DNA of 44,327 nt from positions 1 through 44,327 of the forward strand of contig USFH01000001.1 in the NCBI GenBank assembly GCA_900553925.1. The letters run 5' to 3'. A program made the position numbers and the translations under genes. The stretch comes from an uncultured Clostridium sp. Lineage in GTDB: Bacteria > Bacillota > Clostridia > Lachnospirales > Lachnospiraceae. Each line of letters begins with the position of its first letter. Position 1 is the first letter of the stretch. Of the stretch, positions 18,276-27,852 are shown in pieces. A model generated the notes under the pieces. The model did no database searches. It was not told where the DNA came from and was given only the letters and a program-made list of their open reading frames with translations.

Positions 18276-19595
18276 ATGGAAAGAGAAGAGCAGCTTGCAA
18301 AAGCAAAATCGATATGTATAAGGATAATACCCTATCTGATCTATTTTCTGGTGCTCTTGTTCTATCATATTTATGGTTATCAGATGGATGGCGATGATCA
18401 GTATGTCGTCTCTGTTCTGAAACCATCTTTAAAGCAGGAACTGCCAGGATTGATGAAACGAAGCTGCGAGGGTTGGAGCTCCCGCGTGTTGATCAACCCG
18501 CTTATCTGGATTTTATTGCATCTGGATATCCGCATGTGGGGCGCATTGGATATTCTGGTATTGATGGTGGGGCTCTGGTGCGTGATCCGCTTGTGTAATC
18601 CGGATAGATTAAATGACAATAATATGATAATTCTGGGCATGGTCCTACTGTTTCCGTTTGATAATTTCCAGGAGGTGGGTTGGGTAGTCACATCGGTAAG
18701 CTATGCGTGGCCGTTGGTGTCAGCTCTGCTTGCGTGCATGACAGTGAAGCACTTTTTTGAACATCAGAAGAATAGCTGGTGGTCTGTAGTTCCCATGTGT
18801 CTGCTGACAGTATTTGCAGTGAACAAAGAAGAATTGTCGGTCACGCTGGCGATTATATTTATATACACAGTATTTCTTTCTATCCGGGAAAAAAGACCGG
18901 ATGGAGTGATATATATACAGACGGTTATATCAGTTTTCGGCATCCTTTTCCATTTGTTCAACGCAGGAAACCGGGGGCGTAGTAGTACATTTACGGAAGA
19001 TGCACACATGACAGGGGTGGATAAGCTATGTATGGGATTTATTTCAACATTGCACCATTTGTTCTTTGATGAAGAAAGAAACTATTTTTTCTTATGCATG
19101 TGTATATTGATCTGTATTGTAACTTGCATGATGCAGACAAAACAGTGGGTGAAGACAATCTCGGTAATACCATTGCTGCTGTGTGCGGTATCGATGATCA
19201 CAGGTGTATTTTCAGACACGGTGGAGTGTGACACATGGAGAGATACACGATTGATTCTGCCGGTTGTACTCGCACTGCTTGGCATTATATGTATTTTGAT
19301 CTGCATGTATCAGATTCTGCAGGACAGACAGAAATTCCTGACTGTGTTTATGCTTTTGTTTGCTGGTTTTGCCGGGAGGATGACGGTCGGATTTTCAGGG
19401 ATAGGACTATCAGCGTTTATACGTACTTATACATTTTTATATTATATTATATTAGGAGTTGGGGCATGGTTTGTTATCAAATGTGAATATGACACAACGG
19501 TACTTATGAAGAAAAAAATACTTTTAAATCGTGTGATTCTGTGGCTTGCGATTATAAGTATTGTCAGAGCAATCTTTGCGCTGGCTATTGTGTAA
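18276..19595 (+). CDS. Polytopic membrane protein, probable GT-C-fold glycosyltransferase (DUF6056/GtrII-like)
   Basis: ~11 hydrophobic segments; acidic DGDD just after TM1 followed by GWSSR; GNRGR; directly after a GtrB-like gene. Confidence 0.6.
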   Translation: MEREEQLAKAKSICIRIIPYLIYFLVLLFYHIYGYQMDGDDQYVVSVLKPSLKQELPGLMKRSCEGWSSRVLINPLIWILLHLDIRMWGALDILVLMVGLWCVIRLCNPDRLNDNNMIILGMVLLFPFDNFQEVGWVVTSVSYAWPLVSALLACMTVKHFFEHQKNSWWSVVPMCLLTVFAVNKEELSVTLAIIFIYTVFLSIREKRPDGVIYIQTVISVFGILFHLFNAGNRGRSSTFTEDAHMTGVDKLCMGFISTLHHLFFDEERNYFFLCMCILICIVTCMMQTKQWVKTISVIPLLLCAVSMITGVFSDTVECDTWRDTRLILPVVLALLGIICILICMYQILQDRQKFLTVFMLLFAGFAGRMTVGFSGIGLSAFIRTYTFLYYIILGVGAWFVIKCEYDTTVLMKKKILLNRVILWLAIISIVRAIFALAIV

Positions 19596-19618
19596 TAAGA
19601 AGAGAGAAGGCTTGAAAT

Positions 19619-20425
19619 ATGGAGAAGGACAGAGAGAAAAAAACAGGTAGACATACGTTTGTTGTCTGTGCATATAAACAGTCAGAATATCTGGAGACGT
19701 GCGTGCGTTCTGTGTTAAGGCAGACTGTACGATCGAAGGTTGTTGTGTGTACGTCGACTCCAAATCATCATATAGAAACGATAGCAAAAAAATATAGACT
19801 GAAATTGTATATCCGGGAGGGGAAAAGTAATATCCGGGATGATTGGAATTTCGCGATATCCTGTGCGGATACATCTTTGGTTACGATTGCGCATCAGGAC
19901 GACATCTATCATAGCCGGTATGTGGAATCAATGTTAGATGCATTTAATGCCCGTCCGGATGCGACGATATTTTTCTCCGGATATCGGCCGGTAAAGGATG
20001 GAATCGTATCGTTGGATGCGAATTGTATTATACGTGCCATGCTGCGTACACCGATGTGTGTGGACAGGCTTGCAGGTATCCGTTTTTTTAAAAGGCTGAT
20101 TTTTTTACTTGGTAACAGCGTCTGCTGTCCGACGGTCACATATGCGATGAATCGAGTGGAAAAGCCTGTATTTACATCATCCTATAAGTATAATATCGAC
20201 TGGGATACATTCCGGAAACTTGCACAGCTTCCGGGGAGCTTTGCATATGATCCGCATGCGCTGGTCGGATATCGGGTCCATGATGGGGCGACCAGTAAAC
20301 AATATATTGATAACACCGGACGCTTTAAAGAGGATAAGCGGATGTTTACAGAGATCTGGGGGAGAACGATCGCACAGATGATTATGAAATTTTATACCAG
20401 GGCGTATGACACATATAAGGACTGA
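19619..20425 (+). CDS. Glycosyltransferase family 2
   Basis: HTFVVCAYKQSEYL, IAHQDDIY, GNSVCCPTV, IDW, YRVH. Confidence 0.88.
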   Translation: MEKDREKKTGRHTFVVCAYKQSEYLETCVRSVLRQTVRSKVVVCTSTPNHHIETIAKKYRLKLYIREGKSNIRDDWNFAISCADTSLVTIAHQDDIYHSRYVESMLDAFNARPDATIFFSGYRPVKDGIVSLDANCIIRAMLRTPMCVDRLAGIRFFKRLIFLLGNSVCCPTVTYAMNRVEKPVFTSSYKYNIDWDTFRKLAQLPGSFAYDPHALVGYRVHDGATSKQYIDNTGRFKEDKRMFTEIWGRTIAQMIMKFYTRAYDTYKD

Positions 20426-20473
20426 AAATGACAAAATTATGGTAAAATAATTGTTTTTTTTTCAAATAGGCTA

Positions 20474-20482
20474 TGTTATAAT
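20474..20482 (+). promoter_or_regulatory. Extended -10 promoter upstream of pilB
   Basis: TGTTATAAT (TGn + TATAAT) 35 nt upstream of the pilB ATG in an AT-rich intergenic region. Confidence 0.55.
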
Positions 20483-20517
20483 TAAAGCACTATAAATTTT
20501 AATGAGAGGGTATTGCT

Positions 20518-22245
20518 ATGCGGATAACTGGAGGAAGAAAGAAAATTCGTATAGGTGATTTGCTTGTTGAAGCGGGGGCTATTACGGAAGAAGAGCTTCA
20601 GGAGGCACTTGCCTATCAGAAAGAGAATGGTGGCAGGATCGGAAATGTTATCATGGAACTTGGCTTTATCAGCCAGGAACTGTTGATCACAGTACTGACC
20701 ACACAGATGGGAATTGATTATATTGAATTGAAGGCTTGCAAGCTGGATGAGGATCTGCTGAAACAGATACCAGAGAACCTGGTCAATAAGTACAAGGCAC
20801 TTCCGATTGGATATGATGAAGCGAATCCGAACATTCTGCGTGTAGCAATGGTTGATCCGATGGATTTGAATGCAATCGATGATATTGGTATTGCGATGAA
20901 TGCGCAGGTGGAACCATTGCTTGCGATGGAAGACGATGTTATGGAGGCAATCGGTAAGTATTTCGGTAATGCACAGGCGATGGAGGCTGCGGAGCAGTAC
21001 CGGAAGGAAATGCAGGAGAACGGTATGACCGAAGCCGATCAGGATGCGATCAATGAGGATGTTGAGAATTCCCCAATCGTTCTTCTTGTAAAACAGATTA
21101 TCGAGGGTGGTGTCAGACAGAGAGCTTCCGATATTCATATTGAACCACTGGAGAGCAGTGTACGTGTCCGGTATCGAATTGATGGTGCGTTAAAGCATGT
21201 TATGACATATGATATTGGCCTTCTGGCAGGTATCAGTGCCCGTATCAAGATCATCGGCGGCATGGATATCGCAGAAAAGCGTAAGCCACAGGATGGTCGT
21301 ATCACAATTATGGTAGACCGTAGAGAGTATGATGTCCGTGTATCTATCCTGCCTACGGTTTACGGCGAGAAAACCGTTATGAGACTTACATCCAAGGATG
21401 GTCTTACAAAACCGAAGAGCGCCCTTGGATTTGGACCAAAGGAATTAAAGGTATTTGATGGTATCCTGAGTAACCCGCATGGAATCATTCTGGTTACAGG
21501 ACCGACTGGTTCCGGTAAATCAACGACGCTATATACATCATTGAGCGAGCTGAATACCGAGGATGTAAATATCATCACAGTAGAAGATCCTGTCGAGGCG
21601 AACATCGATGGTATCAATCAGGTACAGGTGAATGTCAAAGCGGAGATGACCTTCGCGGCAGCTCTCCGATCTATCCTCCGTCAGGATCCGGATATTATTA
21701 TGATCGGAGAGATTCGAGATACCGAGACAGCACAGATTGCGGTACAGGCCGCTATCACCGGACACCTAGTAGTGTCAACACTTCATACGAATTCAGCAGC
21801 TTCTACGGTTACACGTATCATCGATATGGGTATCGAGCCATATGTAGCAGGAGATGCTCTGGTAGGTGTTATCGCACAGCGACTCGTCCGCAGGCTTTGC
21901 AACTCCTGCAAGCAGGCGAGACTGGCAGAACCGGAAGAGAAGAAAATACTTGGCGTAAAGCCGGAAGATATGGATGACGATGTGATCATCTACGAGCCGG
22001 TTGGATGCCCACTTTGCGGCGATACCGGCTATGCAGGACGAATCGGTGTGTATGAGATGATGCCGGTATCCAAGGAATTGCAGGCAGTTATTTCGAAGGG
22101 CGCTACGGCGGATGTCATCGAGAAGCAGGCACTGAAGGAAGGTATGCTTACTTTGAAGATGGGCGCCGCACAGCATGTGTTGAATGGTATCACTTCCATC
22201 AGTGAGATGAAGAAGATTACATACGAGACAGGTGACGAGTATTAA
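20518..22245 (+). CDS. pilB: Type IV pilus assembly ATPase PilB (GspE/PulE family)
   Basis: MshEN-like N-terminus (RIGDLLVEAGAITEEELQEALAYQ...RIGNVIMELGFI), RASDIHIEP, GPTGSGKST, LRQDPDIIMIGEIRD, CNSC/CPLC. Confidence 0.96.
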   Translation: MRITGGRKKIRIGDLLVEAGAITEEELQEALAYQKENGGRIGNVIMELGFISQELLITVLTTQMGIDYIELKACKLDEDLLKQIPENLVNKYKALPIGYDEANPNILRVAMVDPMDLNAIDDIGIAMNAQVEPLLAMEDDVMEAIGKYFGNAQAMEAAEQYRKEMQENGMTEADQDAINEDVENSPIVLLVKQIIEGGVRQRASDIHIEPLESSVRVRYRIDGALKHVMTYDIGLLAGISARIKIIGGMDIAEKRKPQDGRITIMVDRREYDVRVSILPTVYGEKTVMRLTSKDGLTKPKSALGFGPKELKVFDGILSNPHGIILVTGPTGSGKSTTLYTSLSELNTEDVNIITVEDPVEANIDGINQVQVNVKAEMTFAAALRSILRQDPDIIMIGEIRDTETAQIAVQAAITGHLVVSTLHTNSAASTVTRIIDMGIEPYVAGDALVGVIAQRLVRRLCNSCKQARLAEPEEKKILGVKPEDMDDDVIIYEPVGCPLCGDTGYAGRIGVYEMMPVSKELQAVISKGATADVIEKQALKEGMLTLKMGAAQHVLNGITSISEMKKITYETGDEY

Positions 22246-22276
22246 ACTATAAATGTTTTAAGAGGGAGATAAGAAC

Positions 22277-23329
22277 ATGATAGACATGAAAGAACTTTTG
22301 GCGTTCGCGGTGGAACAGAATGCATCCGATATTCATATTGCTACAGGCATTCCACCGAAGCTTCGTATCAACGGACGCCTGACGGAAGTAGAGCTTCCGC
22401 CGATGACACCGGCAGATGCAGCGGAGGCAATCGGCTCAACGATGCATGACAGACATAAGCAGATCTTGAAGGAGCGTGGAGAGGTCGACTTCTCCTTCTC
22501 GTCTCCGGAGACTGGACGATTCCGTGTGAATGTATTCATGGATCGGGGTAATATGGCAGCTGCGTACAGAAAGGTAGACACAATCATCCCGAGACCGGAT
22601 CAGTTAGGTATCCCGGAAGCAGTTGTGCAGTTATATAAGAAGAAAAGAGGTCTGGTACTTGTAACAGGACCAACCGGTTCCGGTAAGTCAACAACACTTG
22701 CTTCTATTATTAATAAGGCAAATGAGAATCTGACAGACCACATCATCACACTGGAAGATCCAATCGAGTACATACACAAGCACAAGAAGTCAGTTGTAAA
22801 TCAGCGTGAAGTTGGTATGGATACACTCTCGTATGCGAATGCACTTCGTGCAGCGCTTCGTGAGGATCCGGATATCATCCTGGTTGGAGAGATGCGTGAC
22901 CTTGAGACCATCTCTACAGCGATTACGGCTGCCGAGACCGGACATCTGGTATTCTCGACGCTGCATACGATTGGCGCTGCGTCTACGATCGACCGTATCA
23001 TTGATGTGTTCCCAACACATCAGCAGCAGCAGACACGTATCCAGCTTGCGATGATCTTAGAGGGCGTTATCTCGCAGGCACTGATTCCGACAGCAGATGG
23101 AAACGGACGAGTGGCTGCGTTCGAGGTCATGCTTGCCAGCCCGGCGATCCGGAGTCTGATCCGTGAGCAGAAGAACCACCAGATCCAGTCAACCATCCAG
23201 ACAAGCCGTGCACAGGGGATGATTACATTGGATGATTACATACTGGATCTCTACAAGAGTGGCAGAATCACAAGAGATATGGCTCTGGTATACGCGCAGG
23301 ATCAGGTGGCAATGAAGAAACAGATGTAG
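22277..23329 (+). CDS. pilT: Type IV pilus retraction ATPase PilT
   Basis: ASDIHI, GPTGSGKST, EDPIEY, LREDPDIILVGEMRD, TGHLVFSTLHT, AIRSLIRE. Confidence 0.97.
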   Translation: MIDMKELLAFAVEQNASDIHIATGIPPKLRINGRLTEVELPPMTPADAAEAIGSTMHDRHKQILKERGEVDFSFSSPETGRFRVNVFMDRGNMAAAYRKVDTIIPRPDQLGIPEAVVQLYKKKRGLVLVTGPTGSGKSTTLASIINKANENLTDHIITLEDPIEYIHKHKKSVVNQREVGMDTLSYANALRAALREDPDIILVGEMRDLETISTAITAAETGHLVFSTLHTIGAASTIDRIIDVFPTHQQQQTRIQLAMILEGVISQALIPTADGNGRVAAFEVMLASPAIRSLIREQKNHQIQSTIQTSRAQGMITLDDYILDLYKSGRITRDMALVYAQDQVAMKKQM

Positions 23330-23374
23330 GTTTTGTGCATGTTTCACAAAATTAAATTATTTTATTGAACTTTA

Positions 23375-23403
23375 TTGCAAAAATCTATCAAATAGAGTAG
23401 TAT
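23375..23403 (+). promoter_or_regulatory. Putative sigma-A promoter for pilC-pilA
   Basis: TTGCAA (23375-23380), 17-nt spacer, TAGTAT (23398-23403). Confidence 0.5.
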
Positions 23404-23467
23404 CAGTATATAAATTGTTCATAAAATGTTCATTTTTTAGAAAAATAAGAGGGTCGGAGGAGTTAAG

Positions 23468-24670
23468 ATGGCACAATATAATTACAAAGCCATGGACAAG
23501 AACGGTAAAGCGAAGAAAGGCTCTATCGAAGCAATCACCCCGGAGAAGGCGAAAGAGAAGCTGAAATCCGAGGGCTTGATCGTACAGGAGATCAAGGAAC
23601 AGGGCGTTGCGAAGGCAGGCCGTGGCAAGAAGGTAAAGGACAAGGATCTTGCGGTATTCTGCAAGCAGTTTGCATCAGTGTTGAATGCCGGTGTTACAAT
23701 CATCAGTGCATTGGAGATGATGTCAGAACAGTTGGAGAACAAGACATTACAGAGAGCGCTGCAGGAAGCACAGGCATACGTACAGAAGGGTGGTACACTG
23801 GCAGATGCGTTTAAACTGAACCCGAAGGTGTTCCCACCAATCATGGTGAACATGACAGCTGCCGGTGAGATGTCGGGTAATTTGGAAGTCTGCTTCGAGA
23901 GACTGACTACACACTTCGAGACAGCGAATGCATTGAAGTCGAAGGTAAAGAGCGCGGTTACATACCCTATCGTTATCTTAATTGTCGTTATTGCGGTTGT
24001 TGTTGTGTTACTGGTAGGAGTTATCCCGCAGTTTGTGGAGATGTTCGATCAGTTAGGATCGGAGCTCCCTGCAGCGACACAGATGCTTGTGAATCTGAGT
24101 AATTTCTTACAGCATAAGGGATATGTAGTGGTTATTGCGGTAGTTGTAATCGTATTCGGATTACGTGCATTCGGTAAGACAGAACCGGGATCACTGCTCT
24201 ATGCGAAGATTGGTATGAAGGCACCGCTCTTCGGCAATCTGACAGTGAAGTCGGCGGCAGCTACATTCTCACGCACGATGTCTACACTGATGGCATCCGG
24301 TATCAGTCTGATCGATGCAGTAGAACAGGTGGCGAAGATGATTAATAACCGGATTATCCGGGAAGCACTCTTAGATGCAAAGGTTCAGATATCAAAAGGC
24401 GTTCCGCTTTCGAAGCCGCTTCGGGATTGCGGTATCTTCCCTCCGATGCTTCCGCAGATGACACGTATCGGTGAAGAGACAGGTAATATAGAAGACATGA
24501 TGGACAAGGTTGCAGATTATTATGAGATGGAAGTAAATGATGCAACCGATGCATTGACTGCGGCGATGGAACCGATGATCATCGTAATTATGGGTGTAGT
24601 CGTAGGTGGTATCGTAATGGCTATCTACAGCCCGATGCTCAGCATGTACGATGCAGTCGACAGCTATTAA
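23468..24670 (+). CDS. pilC: Type IV pilus platform protein PilC (GspF family)
   Basis: YNYKAMDKNG, AGEMSGNL, AVTYP, GEETGNIEDMM, AAMEPMII; SD GGAGGAG. Confidence 0.96.
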   Translation: MAQYNYKAMDKNGKAKKGSIEAITPEKAKEKLKSEGLIVQEIKEQGVAKAGRGKKVKDKDLAVFCKQFASVLNAGVTIISALEMMSEQLENKTLQRALQEAQAYVQKGGTLADAFKLNPKVFPPIMVNMTAAGEMSGNLEVCFERLTTHFETANALKSKVKSAVTYPIVILIVVIAVVVVLLVGVIPQFVEMFDQLGSELPAATQMLVNLSNFLQHKGYVVVIAVVVIVFGLRAFGKTEPGSLLYAKIGMKAPLFGNLTVKSAAATFSRTMSTLMASGISLIDAVEQVAKMINNRIIREALLDAKVQISKGVPLSKPLRDCGIFPPMLPQMTRIGEETGNIEDMMDKVADYYEMEVNDATDALTAAMEPMIIVIMGVVVGGIVMAIYSPMLSMYDAVDSY

Positions 24671-24756
24671 AATGGATACAAACCGGAGAAGCGAGGACTT
24701 CGGTTTTATCATAGAAAAAACTATCATAATGAATGAAAGAAAAGGAGAGAAAATTT

Positions 24757-25338
24757 ATGAAGAAAACAAACAACAAAGGTTTCTCACTCGTAGAGCTTAT
24801 TATCGTTATTGCTATCATGGCAATCCTTGCTGGTGCTATTGCTCCTGCATTGATCAAGTACATTGATAAGTCACGTAAGTCAAATGATGTAAGTTCTGCA
24901 AAGACTATTAAGACAGCAGTTGAGACAGCACTTGGTAACGAGGATTGCTACTCATACTTAACTGGTCTGGCTACATCTTCAGCAGATACTGTTATTACAA
25001 TTACAACAAATTCATCTTCAGCAACAGCAGCTATTGGTGTTGCTGCGGCACCTGCTGGTTATAATGGAGACTTAGCTCAGGCAGATATTCAGAAGTTGAT
25101 TTTCGAGAACATCGGTGAGAAGACACCAAAGATTAAGTTCTCTAAGGCAATTGATGGATACCTTTCAGCTAAGCCGGATCATTTCTATGTTTCAATCTCA
25201 AACAAGGGTACAGTTGCTGTATTCGTTGGTAGCGGTGCTCCTTCTGGTGCAAACCTTGCAGCTGATAAGGGTGGAGATGGTAGTACTGAAAAGACATATG
25301 TACAGTTGACACCGGAACTGTCACAGGCATATCAGTAA
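24757..25338 (+). CDS. pilA: Major type IV pilin (193-aa prepilin)
   Basis: Class III signal MKKTNNKG|FSLVELIIVIAIMAILAG; SD AAGGAG; visibly biased codon use (GCT/GCA, ACT/ACA, TCA, GGT); followed by a strong hairpin. Confidence 0.9.
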   Translation: MKKTNNKGFSLVELIIVIAIMAILAGAIAPALIKYIDKSRKSNDVSSAKTIKTAVETALGNEDCYSYLTGLATSSADTVITITTNSSSATAAIGVAAAPAGYNGDLAQADIQKLIFENIGEKTPKIKFSKAIDGYLSAKPDHFYVSISNKGTVAVFVGSGAPSGANLAADKGGDGSTEKTYVQLTPELSQAYQ

Positions 25339-25347
25339 AATTAATGC

Positions 25348-25381
25348 AGATTCCGTCTGATTTCTCAGACGGAATCTATTT
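25348..25381 (+). terminator. Strong hairpin after pilA (partial terminator or mRNA stabiliser)
   Basis: AGATTCCGTCTGA-TTTC-TCAGACGGAATCT perfect 13-bp stem with only a short ATTT tail. Confidence 0.8.
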
Positions 25382-25408
25382 GAAAAATGGGACGGAAAGG
25401 TTAGGACA

Positions 25409-26152
25409 ATGTTAGTAACAGTAGTATTTAGCATTTTTTTTGTGTTATATGGAATCGTAATTGGAAGTTTTTTGAACGTTCTGATTTTGCGACTTCCAAT
25501 AAAGGAAAGTATAACCTTAAAACGGTCTCATTGCATGACATGTGGACATACCTTATCCTGGTATGAACTCATTCCATTATTTAGTTATTTATTTTTAGGT
25601 GGGAAGTGCAGGCATTGTAAGGCACATATCTCGGCACAGTATCCAATCGTAGAAGCTGCGAATGGAATTCTGTATGTGGTGATCTTCCTCGCAAAAGGCA
25701 TCATGGTGGAGACGTTCCTTTATTGCCTGTGTGCTTCTGCCTTATTAGCTCTTAGCGTTATTGATTGGCGCACACAGGAAATCCCCTTGGGATTCAATAT
25801 TTTTATACTAATTTTGGGACTGGTTAGACTCTTTACTGATATGAGTAATTGGAGTCAGTATGTAATCGGTTTGTTTGCTGTCAGCGTTTTTTTACTTCTC
25901 ATTAATCTTGTTACAAAGGGGAGAGGCATAGGACACGGTGACATAAAGCTTATGGCGGCAACCGGCTTACTGATGGGCTGGAAACTAATTACGGTAGCAT
26001 TTATCATGGCATGTATCATCGGAACGGTGGTGCATCTCATACGAATGGCTGTTAAGAAAGTCGGCAGGAAGCTGGCTTTTGGCCCATATTTATCTATGGG
26101 TATATTTATAGCAATGATATGGGGTGAACAGCTCGTGAGCTGGTACCTATAA
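25409..26152 (+). CDS. pilD: Prepilin peptidase/N-methyltransferase
   Basis: IGSFLNVLILRLP, CMTC and CRHC Zn motifs, catalytic aspartates SVIDW and GHGDIKL, FGPYL. Confidence 0.95.
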   Translation: MLVTVVFSIFFVLYGIVIGSFLNVLILRLPIKESITLKRSHCMTCGHTLSWYELIPLFSYLFLGGKCRHCKAHISAQYPIVEAANGILYVVIFLAKGIMVETFLYCLCASALLALSVIDWRTQEIPLGFNIFILILGLVRLFTDMSNWSQYVIGLFAVSVFLLLINLVTKGRGIGHGDIKLMAATGLLMGWKLITVAFIMACIIGTVVHLIRMAVKKVGRKLAFGPYLSMGIFIAMIWGEQLVSWYL

Positions 26153-26210
26153 GTATATGGACGAAAGTCCTACATATAAAATCACTGATTAGCGAGGGAG
26201 GCTATAACGA

Positions 26211-27836
26211 ATGGCAAAAAGCAATAAAGTGTTATCTATTGATATCACAAACGAAAGTATTACAATTATTGAGTTGACTGCTTCAGCAAAAAAGCAGACG
26301 ATGATTCATAATATCATTATTTTTGAAACACCAGAAGATTCTTATGAGGATGGTGTATTAAAAGAGCCAGAGAAGATTGCGGAGGCAATCACACAGCAGT
26401 TGATGGCTCGCGGTATTAATAATAAGAATGCGATCTTCGTTCTTTCGTCTACAAAGATTGTAAACAGAGAGGTTATGATACCGTTTGTTCCAGAGAAAAA
26501 GATCAGAGGAATTATCAATTCAAACTCATCCGAGTATTTCCCTGTAAATATAGAAGATTATGTTGTGTCTCACTCTGTACTTGAGACAGTGACAGATGAA
26601 GAGAACAACAAGCAGCTTCGTGTACTGGCAGTCGCAGCACCGGAGCATATGGTAAAGTCTTATTATGACTTAGGACAGATGGCTGGATTAAATGTTGTAG
26701 CACTTGATTATATCGGTAATGCAATGCTCCAGCTCATTAAGACACAGACAAATCAGAACACAACAACGATGGTTATCCAGTTAGGTAGTGAGAGTACAGT
26801 ATTAAATATTGTACAGGGTGATAACCTGCTGTTACAGAGAACGGTTCCATATGGTACAAACTCTGTTGTGAATGTAGTTATGGATGACAAGGGTGTCGAT
26901 GCAACAACAGCAATGACACTTCTCCAGAACGATCGTCTGATCACAGTTGATTTTGATGACAACGAAGTAACCGGTGCGTTCCGTTACCTGATCAATAACA
27001 TTGGACGTGTTATGGATTTCTATGCATCAAAGAATCCGGATAAGCCGATTGAGGATGTATTCCTGACGGGTGACGGTGCACTGATCCGTGGCATAGATGG
27101 TTTGTTCAAGGTACAGTTGAATGTCAGTACACGTATCATGGATACATTATATAATATCAAATTTGATCCAAGTATTGACTTGAAAGTATACAACCCAGTA
27201 TATCTGGTAACTCCAATTGGAGCAGCATTTGCACCAATGGGATTTGTTCTTATGGATACAGCCACACAGGCTACGAAAGCAGAGGGAAGTCTGGCACCGT
27301 TTATCGCATTAGTTGCGGTTGCAGCAATTGGTGCTGCAGGTATGGCGTTCTATTCTATTAATAAGAAGAACACAGTTACAGAGAAAAAACAGCAGTTAGA
27401 GGCAGATGTTGCCCGTGTCAGTGATATTGAGGATATCATTAATGCATATGATCAGGCACAGGCACAGTACACAGATATGGAGTCTATGTACTACACAACT
27501 TATCAGTTAAATGAGAATGTCAGAGAATTTATCTCTGAATTAGAGAAGAAGATTCCGGCAGAGATAACTGTATCAAACTTTAACTCTACAAATGAAGGCG
27601 TGACGATGCCTTGTGTATCAACAAGCTATGATGCCATTGCGGACTTCATTATGCAGTTAAAGACGATTGATTGCGTGGATAATGCATATGTAGCGATGAT
27701 TCAGAAAGAGGACAATGAAGGTCAGATTACATATAATTTTACTGTAACTGTTAACTATGTACCAATGATGGATGATCCGGCAGTGGACACATCAGAGGAT
27801 ACAACGGAAGCTGCTGATACAGGCGCAGAAGAGTAA
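26211..27836 (+). CDS. pilM: PilM-PilN fusion protein
   Basis: Actin-like PilM domain (LSIDIT..., IQLGSEST, VFLTGDGALIRGI), then a TM helix, coiled coil and PilN-like tail (KKIPAEITVSNF...YDAIADFIMQLK). Confidence 0.85.
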   Translation: MAKSNKVLSIDITNESITIIELTASAKKQTMIHNIIIFETPEDSYEDGVLKEPEKIAEAITQQLMARGINNKNAIFVLSSTKIVNREVMIPFVPEKKIRGIINSNSSEYFPVNIEDYVVSHSVLETVTDEENNKQLRVLAVAAPEHMVKSYYDLGQMAGLNVVALDYIGNAMLQLIKTQTNQNTTTMVIQLGSESTVLNIVQGDNLLLQRTVPYGTNSVVNVVMDDKGVDATTAMTLLQNDRLITVDFDDNEVTGAFRYLINNIGRVMDFYASKNPDKPIEDVFLTGDGALIRGIDGLFKVQLNVSTRIMDTLYNIKFDPSIDLKVYNPVYLVTPIGAAFAPMGFVLMDTATQATKAEGSLAPFIALVAVAAIGAAGMAFYSINKKNTVTEKKQQLEADVARVSDIEDIINAYDQAQAQYTDMESMYYTTYQLNENVREFISELEKKIPAEITVSNFNSTNEGVTMPCVSTSYDAIADFIMQLKTIDCVDNAYVAMIQKEDNEGQITYNFTVTVNYVPMMDDPAVDTSEDTTEAADTGAEE

Positions 27837-27852
27837 GGGGAGGTATGGAAAT

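Noticed and set aside
10870..19644. A7-8/T7-8 homopolymers in glycan genes (e.g. T8 10870-10877, A8 19637-19644) as phase-variation tracts
   Set aside because: All affected frames are intact and such runs are expected in AT-rich DNA.
24671..24756. c-di-GMP riboswitch upstream of pilA, as in C. difficile
   Set aside because: Neither class I nor class II consensus elements are recognisable; only a simple stem-loop is seen.
26154..26178. GGAC-GAAA-GTCC tetraloop hairpin between pilD and pilM, superficially hammerhead-like
   Set aside because: No CTGANGA core in the right position; only a small hairpin of unknown significance.
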